This document shows positions 24,241-31,545 of a stretch of DNA of 32,000 nucleotides, piece by piece. A program made the position numbers and the translations under genes. The stretch is from Candidatus Iainarchaeum sp. (GTDB taxonomy: Archaea > Iainarchaeota > Iainarchaeia > Iainarchaeales > 0-14-0-20-30-16), in assembly GCA_028710695.1 (NCBI GenBank), contig JAQTTP010000004.1, forward strand, positions 30,001 through 62,000, written 5' to 3'. The notes beneath the pieces were generated by a model. It searched no databases. It saw only the letters and a list, made by a program, of their open reading frames with translations, and was not told where the DNA came from. Each line of letters starts with the position of its first letter. Positions within the stretch are counted from its first letter, which is position 1.

Positions 24241-24264
24241 AAGGTTTATAAATTTATATAAACC
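24241..24264 (+). promoter_or_regulatory. BRE/TATA (aaggtttataaatttatataaacc) for the L1-P0-P1 operon
   Basis: It carries an exact copy of the recurring 10-mer AAGGTTTATA, 80 bp upstream of the L1 TTG start. Confidence 0.5.
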
Positions 24265-24278
24265 TAATATAACCATAA

Positions 24279-24313
24279 GCCTAGTTTTAGGCCGTACTGC
24301 ATATTGCAGGAGG
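24279..24313 (+). promoter_or_regulatory. Two small hairpins in the L1 mRNA leader abutting the SD (candidate L1 autoregulatory site)
   Basis: The hairpins are gccta-gttt-taggc (24279-24292) and ctgca-tat-tgcag (24297-24309). The second runs into GGAGG (24309-24313). L1 autoregulation through an rRNA-mimic in its own mRNA is established in Methanococcus. Confidence 0.3.
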
Positions 24314-24320
24314 TTTTAAC

Positions 24321-24980
24321 TTGAATAAAAATTTAGTAGAATTCTTGAAAAAAGTGGTAGTAGAGTCTAAACCAAGGAAATTTCCACAATCAGTAGACGT
24401 TAGTATCAACTTTAAGAATATAAACTTTAAACAACCTCAGAACAGGATAGAAGTAAATGTAGAAATACCAAAACCTTTTGGAAAAAAGATGAAGGTTTTA
24501 TTGTTTGCTTCAGACCAAGGTGTAAAAACTGAGTTAAAAGATGTTGTTGATAAAGTAGTTGGAATTGAAGAAATACCTAATTTGGATAAGAAAGCAATAA
24601 AGAAAATTGCTGTTGGTTACGATTTGTTTTTTGCTGAAAACAAAGCTATGCAAACAGTTGGTAAATATTTAGGACAGACTTTAGCTCCAAGAGGAAAGAT
24701 GCCAAAATTGGCTTTGCCAAATAAGAATGCAATGTTGGCTATGATAAACAAGGAGCAAAATTCTATAAAAATAACAAATAAGAAAGGTAAGTTCTTGCCT
24801 ACAGTACATTTTAAGATAGGGTCAGAGAAGACATCCGCTGAAGACTTGACAATGAACTTAGGGGCAGCAATGGAAAAATTAATTGCGGCTTTGCCATCTA
24901 AAGAACAGAATATTAAATCAATTTATGTAAAGACTACAATGGGAGCAGCATCACAAGCAGATATTAAATTTTTCTTGTGA
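24321..24980 (+). CDS. rpl1: Ribosomal protein L1 (TTG start)
   Basis: KPRKFPQSVDVSINFKNINFKQPQNRIEVNVEIP.PFGK and GKYLGQTLAPRGKMP are L1 hallmarks. The TTG preceded by GGAGG gives a full-length N-terminus. The next in-frame ATG would delete 55 aa. Confidence 0.9.
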   Translation: MNKNLVEFLKKVVVESKPRKFPQSVDVSINFKNINFKQPQNRIEVNVEIPKPFGKKMKVLLFASDQGVKTELKDVVDKVVGIEEIPNLDKKAIKKIAVGYDLFFAENKAMQTVGKYLGQTLAPRGKMPKLALPNKNAMLAMINKEQNSIKITNKKGKFLPTVHFKIGSEKTSAEDLTMNLGAAMEKLIAALPSKEQNIKSIYVKTTMGAASQADIKFFL

Positions 24981-25001
24981 GGCTAACCGAGTGTGATACT
25001 T

Positions 25002-25799
25002 ATGATACAAAGAAAAGGCCATAACAGGCAATGGAAAGAAAAACAGATGGAAAAAGTAAAGTCAAAGTTTAATGACTATCCAACTGTTGCAATTGCTACT
25101 GTTGAAGCTTTGCCAGCGGCAATTGAAAGAAAGTATAGAGATATTCTAAAGAAGAATGATTCATGTATATTTACTATAAAGAATAAACCAGTAATGAAAT
25201 TCTTTGAAGAATCAAAATTGCCTTTGGGCGAAAAAATACACGGGACATCAGTTGTAATACTATCAAAAAAGAGCCCATTTGAATTATTTGCATTGATAAA
25301 AAAGAATGCAGGTTTAACTGCTGCAAAAGTAGGATCAGTAGTTGACATATCTATAACAGTTCCCGAAGGGGACACTGGGATTGCTGCAGGTCCAGCACTA
25401 TCAGACTTTAAAGCACTAAAGTTAGATACTCAGATAAGAAATGGAAAGATTTTCATTGCTAAGCCAAAGGTTGTTGTTGAACCGGGCCAGCAAGTTGATG
25501 AAAAGATTGCTACAATCTTGAATAAACTGAAGATAAAGCCAATGAAAGTTTATATGAAGATTTTAGGAGTTTATAACAAAACAGAATCATTATTATACTT
25601 ACCAGAGGCATTGGACGTTGATTACGACGTTTACAGAAGCAAGTTTGCTAAGGCCTATAATGAAGCAACATCAGTGGCAATAGAAGCACGTTATATAGCT
25701 AAAGAAATAGTTGATAAGTTTATAGCTAAAGCATACAGAGAAGCTAAAGCAGTTGATTCAAAAACTGCTGGCGGTAAGACTGAAGAAGTAAAAGGATGA
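25002..25799 (+). CDS. rpl10: Ribosomal stalk protein P0 (uL10), short form
   Basis: It has the uL10 N-domain (YPTVAIATVEALPAAIERKYRDIL...) and sits between L1 and P1. At 265 aa it ends ...KTAGGKTEEVKG, without the acidic/LGxLFG terminus. Confidence 0.85.
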   Translation: MIQRKGHNRQWKEKQMEKVKSKFNDYPTVAIATVEALPAAIERKYRDILKKNDSCIFTIKNKPVMKFFEESKLPLGEKIHGTSVVILSKKSPFELFALIKKNAGLTAAKVGSVVDISITVPEGDTGIAAGPALSDFKALKLDTQIRNGKIFIAKPKVVVEPGQQVDEKIATILNKLKIKPMKVYMKILGVYNKTESLLYLPEALDVDYDVYRSKFAKAYNEATSVAIEARYIAKEIVDKFIAKAYREAKAVDSKTAGGKTEEVKG

Positions 25800-25816
25800 T
25801 ATTAAGAGGTGAAACT

Positions 25817-26110
25817 ATGCAATATGTGTACGCTGCGATGTTATTGCATTCAGCAAAGAAGGAAATAAACGAAGCTGCAGTTGAAAAAATAATTAACGCT
25901 GCAGGTTTAGAACTAGATAAAGGAAAAGTAAAAGCATTAGTAGAAGCTTTAAAAGAAGTAAACATAGACGAAGTAATTAAGCAAGCATCTACTGTAGTTG
26001 CCGTAGCTCCATCCGCTGGTTCCGCAAAAGCTGAAGCAAAAGAAGAAGTAAAGGATGACAAGAAAACTGAAGAAGAAGCAGCAGCAGGCTTAGGATCATT
26101 GTTCGGTTAG
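25817..26110 (+). CDS. rpl12: Ribosomal stalk protein P1 (aL12)
   Basis: MQYVYAAMLLHSAKKEINEAAVEKIINAAG...KKTEEEAAAGLGSLFG shows the canonical archaeal P1 N-domain and conserved C-terminal peptide. GAGGTGA lies upstream of the ATG. Confidence 0.92.
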   Translation: MQYVYAAMLLHSAKKEINEAAVEKIINAAGLELDKGKVKALVEALKEVNIDEVIKQASTVVAVAPSAGSAKAEAKEEVKDDKKTEEEAAAGLGSLFG

Positions 26111-26137
26111 AATTTCTAACCTTACATTATTTTTTTA
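26105..26137 (+). terminator. Hairpin ggttag-aattt-ctaacc (includes the P1 stop codon), with T7 downstream
   Basis: Perfect 6-bp stem at 26105-26110/26116-26121, with a T-run at 26130-26136. Confidence 0.6.
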
Positions 26138-26252
26138 TGCCTTCTGTTTAATCTGTTCAGACAACAGTATTTTTTCTAATTTTTTTGCTAACTTTGTAAT
26201 TTTAATATATAAACCACCCATGTTAAACTAATTATCTATTTTTGTATTCTTT

Positions 26253-26295
26253 GTTTGCAAACCTTTTGTTATCTGTGTAAAATGGTTTGGAAAAC
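26253..26295. promoter_or_regulatory. Palindrome GTTTGCAAAC plus related GTTTGGAAAAC 32 bp downstream, upstream of the nrdJ TATA
   Basis: The 10-bp perfect palindrome is at 26253-26262 and the near repeat is at 26285-26295. Both lie 40-80 bp upstream of the TATA at 26333-26350. Confidence 0.3.
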
Positions 26296-26332
26296 TAAAA
26301 AATTATACATAAAGTATCTACATAAAATAGAA

Positions 26333-26350
26333 AGTATATAAAGGTTTATA
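26333..26350 (+). promoter_or_regulatory. BRE/TATA (gtatataaaggtttatag) for nrdJ
   Basis: It contains an exact AAGGTTTATA at 26341-26350, about 70 bp upstream of the ATG. Confidence 0.5.
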
Positions 26351-26414
26351 GCTAGTTTCTTATATCCAATTTTGGTATTAATTTTTTTGTAAAATCTTGT
26401 GATGGGTGTTTGTT

Positions 26415-28613
26415 ATGATAAAGAAAGTAAAGAAGAGAGATGGCAGAATAGTTGACTTTGATAAAGAAAGAATTGAGGGTGCAGTAACTAAAGCCTTTGA
26501 ATCTGTTAATGTGCCTATAGTTTATGTTAAAGATATTGTTGACACTGTACTAGTTGATCTTGAGGATAAAGATCCAAAAGAAGTGCCATCTGTTGAAAAC
26601 ATTTCAGACCTTATAGAAAAAGCCTTGATGAATAAGGGCTATATGGAAGTAGCAAAGTCATTTATTCTTTATAGAGAATATAGGCGAAAAATAAGAGAAC
26701 TTAAGAAAGCAGTATTTGGAACTGAAACAAAAACTAAATTATCTTTAAATGCAATAAAAGTTCTGGAAGGAAGATGTTTGCTAAAAGACAATTCTGGAAA
26801 GATTATTGAAACTCCTGAAATGATGTTTAGAAGAGTAGCAAATAACATTGCTTCTGCAGAAGCAAATTATGCTGAAGATCGAAAAAAAGGAAAAGAGCTG
26901 ACTAAAGATTATGCGGATGAATATTTTGATTTAATGACGTCTTTAAAATTTTTACCTAATAGCCCAGCCCTTATGAATGCGGGTGCTGCACTACAACAAT
27001 TAACTGCTTGTTTTGTTTTGCCTATTGATGATTCAATGACCGGAATATTTGATTCTTTAAAGAATGCCGCTTTGATACATCAGTCTGGAGGGGGCACAGG
27101 TTTTTCATTTTCAAGACTTAGGCCAAAAGGAGATGCAGTAAAGAGCACTCAGGGTGTGGCTTCAGGTCCTGTGTCATTTATGAAAGTATTTGACGCCGCA
27201 ACAGAAGTTATAAAACAAGGTGGGAAAAGGCGTGGTGCAAATATGGGTGTACTAAGAGTAGATCACCCAGATATTATTGAGTTTATTACTTGTAAACAGC
27301 AAGAAGGAAATATTGCAAATTTCAATATTTCAGTAGCAATTACTGATGAGTTTATGGATGCGTTAGATACTAATAGTGAATATGATTTAGTTAACCCTAG
27401 AACCGGCGATGTAGTAAAGAAATCAAGTGCAAAGTCAGTATTTGATTTGATAGTAACTATGGCTTGGAACAATGGTGAGCCAGGAGTAATATTTATTGAT
27501 GAAGTTAATAGAGGCAATAAAGTACCTAATATGGGGACAATAGAATCAACTAACCCTTGTGGTGAACAGCCTCTGCTTCCATATGAGAGCTGTAATTTGG
27601 GATCTATAAATCTGGCTGCTTTTGTGGAAGATGGAAAAATCCAATGGGATGAACTTAAGAAAGTGGCTGAATTGGGAGTAAGATTTTTAGATGATCTTAT
27701 TGATATGAATAGGTTTCCAACTGAGACAATTGATCTGATGTCTAAGTCAAGCAGAAAGATTGGGTTGGGGGTAATGGGTTTAGCAGATGTATTTTATCTT
27801 TTGAAAATACCATATAATTCTGATGAGGCCTTGTATCTGGCGGATAAAATTATGAAATTCATTGAAGATGCTGCAATAGAATACTCTTCAAAATTGGGCC
27901 AAGAAAGAGGAAGCTTCCCTGCTTTTAAAGGAAGTTTATGGGAAAGACAAAGTTATCCTTGTATGAGAAATGCGGCAATAACAACTGTTGCTCCGACAGG
28001 AACTTTAAGTATGATTGCTGATGTATCTTCAGGAATTGAGCCTTTCTTTTCTTTAGTTTATACAAAAACAGTTTTAAGTGGACAAGACTTTGTTTATGTT
28101 AATAAGTACCTTGAAGAGGAACTGAGAAAAAAAGGATTGTATAATGATGCAATAATTTACAAAATAAAAGACGCAGGATCTTTGCAAGATATTGAAGAAA
28201 TTCCTGAAGACTTAAAAAGGGTTTTTGTTGTTTCAAGTGATATTGCTCCTGAATGGCATATTAGAATGCAGGCAGTATTCCAGAAAAGAGTTCATAGTGC
28301 AGTTTCAAAAACAATAAATATGCAAAATAATGCAACTATTGAAGATGTTTCTAAAGCATATAAGCTTGCTTATGATTTGAAATGTAAAGGTTTGACTATC
28401 TATAGAGACGGAAGTAGGCAGGTTCAAGTTCTCACAAAAGGGGATAAAAGCCAAAATCAAGAAAAAATTACTGCAAAAGATAACCCTGTTTCAAAGCAAA
28501 AAACAATGGTAGAGATTCCAAAAGATGAGTGCCCAGTTTGTAAAAAGAAAATGGTTGCAAAAGAGGGTTGTTATACCTGTGTTTCTTGCGGATATTCTAA
28601 ATGTAGTATGTAA
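26415..28613 (+). CDS. nrdJ: Class II (adenosylcobalamin-dependent) ribonucleotide reductase NrdJ with an N-terminal ATP-cone
   Basis: The ATP-cone is VKKRDGRIVDFDKERIEGAV. The active-site region is TNPCGEQPLLPYESCNLGS. The C-terminal Cys cluster is CPVCKKKMVAKEGCYTCVSCGYSKC. It is a single polypeptide with no NrdB/NrdF partner nearby. Confidence 0.88.
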   Translation: MIKKVKKRDGRIVDFDKERIEGAVTKAFESVNVPIVYVKDIVDTVLVDLEDKDPKEVPSVENISDLIEKALMNKGYMEVAKSFILYREYRRKIRELKKAVFGTETKTKLSLNAIKVLEGRCLLKDNSGKIIETPEMMFRRVANNIASAEANYAEDRKKGKELTKDYADEYFDLMTSLKFLPNSPALMNAGAALQQLTACFVLPIDDSMTGIFDSLKNAALIHQSGGGTGFSFSRLRPKGDAVKSTQGVASGPVSFMKVFDAATEVIKQGGKRRGANMGVLRVDHPDIIEFITCKQQEGNIANFNISVAITDEFMDALDTNSEYDLVNPRTGDVVKKSSAKSVFDLIVTMAWNNGEPGVIFIDEVNRGNKVPNMGTIESTNPCGEQPLLPYESCNLGSINLAAFVEDGKIQWDELKKVAELGVRFLDDLIDMNRFPTETIDLMSKSSRKIGLGVMGLADVFYLLKIPYNSDEALYLADKIMKFIEDAAIEYSSKLGQERGSFPAFKGSLWERQSYPCMRNAAITTVAPTGTLSMIADVSSGIEPFFSLVYTKTVLSGQDFVYVNKYLEEELRKKGLYNDAIIYKIKDAGSLQDIEEIPEDLKRVFVVSSDIAPEWHIRMQAVFQKRVHSAVSKTINMQNNATIEDVSKAYKLAYDLKCKGLTIYRDGSRQVQVLTKGDKSQNQEKITAKDNPVSKQKTMVEIPKDECPVCKKKMVAKEGCYTCVSCGYSKCSM

Positions 28614-28675
28614 CTGGGCTTGTAAGGAAATGGACTTGTTGTAGTCAGGTATTGCCTGCAGTTTAGTGGTGTAAA

Positions 28676-29158
28676 ATGATAATCTACTATTATGGCACAG
28701 GAAAGGGCAAGACTACTGCTGGGCTTGGTGCTCTTGTGAGGGCGAAAGCATATAACAAAAAGATCCTGTTGATCCAATCCCTAAAAAATAATCCTGTTGA
28801 AAGCAAATTGTTTAATGGGTTTTGCTTTGGTGATTCTTCTTTTATAAACAAAACTCCTGAGAAAAAACATTACTCTTTTGCACAAGATGCTTTTGATTTC
28901 TTTAAAGAGCAGAAGGGTAAGTATGATGTTATAATGTTTGATGAGCTTTCAATTCTTCTACACTATGGCTTGCTTGATGTTGAACAAGTTGTTGAGTCTT
29001 TATCTGAGTTTGTAGGGCCTGAATACCCTGTTCTGATTATTACTGGACGTTATAAGATAAAGGGTTTAGAAGAAGTTGCAGATATAGTTACTGAAATGAA
29101 AGAAAAGAAACATATTTACAAGAAAGGAATAAAAGCTTTGAAGGGGATTGATTACTAG
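28676..29158 (+). CDS. cobO: ATP:cob(I)alamin adenosyltransferase (CobA/CobO/BtuR family)
   Basis: The P-loop is YYGTGKGKTTAGLGALVRA. MFDELSILLHYGLLDVEQVVESL and ITGRYKIKGLEEVADIVTEMKEKKHIYKKGIKALKGIDY match the family consensus (..DE......g.l....v...l......vvlTGR.....l...AD.VTEm...KH....G..A..GiE.). Confidence 0.85.
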   Translation: MIIYYYGTGKGKTTAGLGALVRAKAYNKKILLIQSLKNNPVESKLFNGFCFGDSSFINKTPEKKHYSFAQDAFDFFKEQKGKYDVIMFDELSILLHYGLLDVEQVVESLSEFVGPEYPVLIITGRYKIKGLEEVADIVTEMKEKKHIYKKGIKALKGIDY

Positions 29159-29166
29159 TGAGCAGA

Positions 29167-30417
29167 ATGCTGTCTGGAAAAATATTAATTTTTTTATTAT
29201 TGGTTGTGGGACTTTTTTTAAGTGGTTGTGTTACTGATTCAAAGACTTCAAAACCGTCTGATTTTAAATCCGCCATAGAACCACAAAAAATTGGGCCAGA
29301 GTGCGTAGAACTTTTTTTAGGTCATAATAAACAAGATGAAAATAGAATTAATTTTGTGATAGTTGGAATTGATTTTTTTGATCTCGAGGCCGTAAAAATG
29401 GCCGGAGAAAATATATTTGATTTAAATGAACAACACAACGGCCTTTTTTCTAAACAACCTTTTAAATCAAACAAAGAAAAATTTAATGTTTGGTACGTAA
29501 CCGAACTAGGAAATTCAACACAAAGCATTGTACCTGAAGAACATCCGGCTGTTTCGGAGTCGAAAAGGCTATTAAAACTTTGTGATGTAAAAAATAAGGT
29601 TACTCTTAGTATAATTTATGAAACTCAACCTTATGAACAGCAATTTAAATCTATACTTGAAAACCCAATAATTGCCCCAGTAAATATATTGCTGCCAAAA
29701 GACAAGGCGGAACTTAAAGAGGGATATATTGGAACGGGGATGCATGAAATTGGTCATGCGTTAAGCAAATTTTTAAAAGATCAATGGCTTGATAAAGACT
29801 GGGACACAACTGCAATAAATGATGAATATTATACTCCTGGTTCTATAAACAAAAAAACAATTTCTGAAGGGAAAACAATAAATTTTGGAAACTGTTATGG
29901 TCAATCTACTTATAATGACTGTTTAGAAAATTCTAAATGGGGTTTTTTGATAGGAAATGGGTGTGGCCAAGACGGAGTAATTGATTGTTTGGCAGGAATA
30001 GAACAAAAATGTGAATCTCTTGAAACAATGTGCAAAAGCAAAAATTGTGAGGATGCAGAAGAAGTAAAACAGATATGTGAGAAATATTTCCCTGAACAGA
30101 AAAATTGTACAATTCAAAATCTTAAAGAGTCTAAGACTTGTAAAGATTTAGTTACTTTCACAGAACCTGCTGGAGCGCAGGAAGTGAACTGCTGGGCGGG
30201 CTGTGGTTCCAGTGATATCTGGAGACCAACATATACCTCTATAATGAGTTATTATCAAGAAGTTGAGAATTTGTCATATGGGCCAGTAAATGAAAGGATT
30301 CTTTGTCTTGCAATAAGGCACGTAACTGGGTCAGTAAGTGATTACTGTAATCAATTATGCTTGGATGGCTGTGAAAAAGGAGAAAAATGTATAAAGGGTG
30401 GCTGTAAAAAAACATAG
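29167..30417 (+). CDS. Secreted Cys-rich zinc metallopeptidase, M64 (IgA-peptidase)-like, with a lipobox
   Basis: The signal peptide ends in the lipobox LFLSG|C. NRINFVIVGIDFF...PFKSNKEKFNVWYV resembles the M64 N-terminal pattern. The HExxH motif is MHEIGHAL, followed by NDEYY and SIMSY. The C-terminal half has about 25 Cys. The alternative GTG at 29158 overlaps the cobO stop. Confidence 0.65.
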   Translation: MLSGKILIFLLLVVGLFLSGCVTDSKTSKPSDFKSAIEPQKIGPECVELFLGHNKQDENRINFVIVGIDFFDLEAVKMAGENIFDLNEQHNGLFSKQPFKSNKEKFNVWYVTELGNSTQSIVPEEHPAVSESKRLLKLCDVKNKVTLSIIYETQPYEQQFKSILENPIIAPVNILLPKDKAELKEGYIGTGMHEIGHALSKFLKDQWLDKDWDTTAINDEYYTPGSINKKTISEGKTINFGNCYGQSTYNDCLENSKWGFLIGNGCGQDGVIDCLAGIEQKCESLETMCKSKNCEDAEEVKQICEKYFPEQKNCTIQNLKESKTCKDLVTFTEPAGAQEVNCWAGCGSSDIWRPTYTSIMSYYQEVENLSYGPVNERILCLAIRHVTGSVSDYCNQLCLDGCEKGEKCIKGGCKKT

Positions 30418-30422
30418 CGCCC

Positions 30423-31427
30423 TTATTGTTTTTTTAGTAATTTTGTAATTGCTTCCGTTATTTCCTCTATATCTTTTTCAGATAAGTGATTTAAATCAAG
30501 AGTGAAGTCTTTTTGTGGTTTTATCTCTTTAAAGCTAGCTTTGAAGTCATCCACTTCTCTTGGGAGCATCATGTCTTTCTTTGTGTAGATTATTATGAAC
30601 TCTTTATTTACTTTTGCTAGAAGTTTTGAAATCAACTTCTTTTGTTTATCTGCATCTTCTGTTAAATCAATTAAGAATATTGCCGCTTTTGCAAGTTTTT
30701 CTAAAGCAATAATTGTTTGCTTTTCAATAATATTTAGTTTTGAGAAGTCTCTAACTAGAAGGCCAGGGGAGTCAATAACCTGGTATTTTTCATATCTTTG
30801 TTCATACAGCCCAACTTGGAGTCTTTTGGTTGTAAATGCATAATCTCTAATTTCTACCTTGCTTCCAGTAATCTTGTTTAAGAATGTGCTTTTTCCAGAA
30901 TTTGGTATTCCTACTAAAACTGCGGTAGGATAATCTTTGAAAGATGGTGCTTTCCTTATTGTCCTTGATGCAATCAGAATGTATGATAAAGATGGGTCAA
31001 GCTTTTTTACGATTGATTGAACTCTTCCGTAAAATTCAGTTCTTAGTTTTGGTGCTGCTTTTAGATTTGTTCTTATCTTTTGGATGTAATTATTTTTCAA
31101 ACTATTAATTAAAAATTTTGTTTTTGCAACATGGCTTAAACTCTTTTTTAAAGTTTCTAAATCGATTTCGTTTAGTAAAAGTTCTTTGTAAACATCCTTT
31201 AGCTTATCAATGTTTGGGAATGGTTTTACAACCCCCTCAAGAGTTGTTTTTACTTCATCTGCAAAATGGTAAATCCTCTTTTTTTCTTTATCAGCAATAA
31301 AAAAGTGCTTTGCAACCCTGTTGTCGTTTTCTATTTTGTCAACTTCGTCTTTTACTTTCTTGATTGCATTGTCTATAATCTCTTTTGCTTTTGGGATATA
31401 AATAGAATCGTTGTTAGTTTTAGTCAT
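30423..31427 (-). CDS. nog1: Nog1-type GTPase (Obg/DRG-related, COG1084-like)
   Basis: It has a helical N-domain followed by G1 GIPNSGKST, G2 FTT, G3 DSPGLL and G4 TKKD. Confidence 0.85.
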   Translation of the reverse strand: MTKTNNDSIYIPKAKEIIDNAIKKVKDEVDKIENDNRVAKHFFIADKEKKRIYHFADEVKTTLEGVVKPFPNIDKLKDVYKELLLNEIDLETLKKSLSHVAKTKFLINSLKNNYIQKIRTNLKAAPKLRTEFYGRVQSIVKKLDPSLSYILIASRTIRKAPSFKDYPTAVLVGIPNSGKSTFLNKITGSKVEIRDYAFTTKRLQVGLYEQRYEKYQVIDSPGLLVRDFSKLNIIEKQTIIALEKLAKAAIFLIDLTEDADKQKKLISKLLAKVNKEFIIIYTKKDMMLPREVDDFKASFKEIKPQKDFTLDLNHLSEKDIEEITEAITKLLKKQ

Positions 31428-31444
31428 ACTATAATTAGAACGAT

Positions 31445-31454
31445 AAGGTTTATA
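31445..31454 (+). promoter_or_regulatory. BRE/TATA (aaggtttata) for the terminal secreted-protein gene
   Basis: This is the third exact copy of AAGGTTTATA, about 95 bp upstream of the GTG at 31546. Confidence 0.45.
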
Positions 31455-31545
31455 TAGTTCGTTATATTATATAAATAGTGAACTTTCTGCTCTTTTAGCG
31501 GAGCATAAATAGATATATTAATCAGTCTTGTTGGAGGGGAATATT

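Noticed and set aside
26111-26414. Cobalamin riboswitch upstream of the B12-dependent RNR
   Set aside because: The region is extremely AT-rich. It has no B12-box-like GCCACTG core and no GC-rich helices that could build the riboswitch fold. Only short promoter/operator-like motifs were seen.
26415-28613. Intein or split gene in nrdJ (common in archaeal RNRs)
   Set aside because: The 732-aa product is collinear with intein-free class II RNRs. The sequence runs uninterrupted through the TNPCGEQ active-site region, and no C..HN-type splice junction blocks or endonuclease motifs were noticed.
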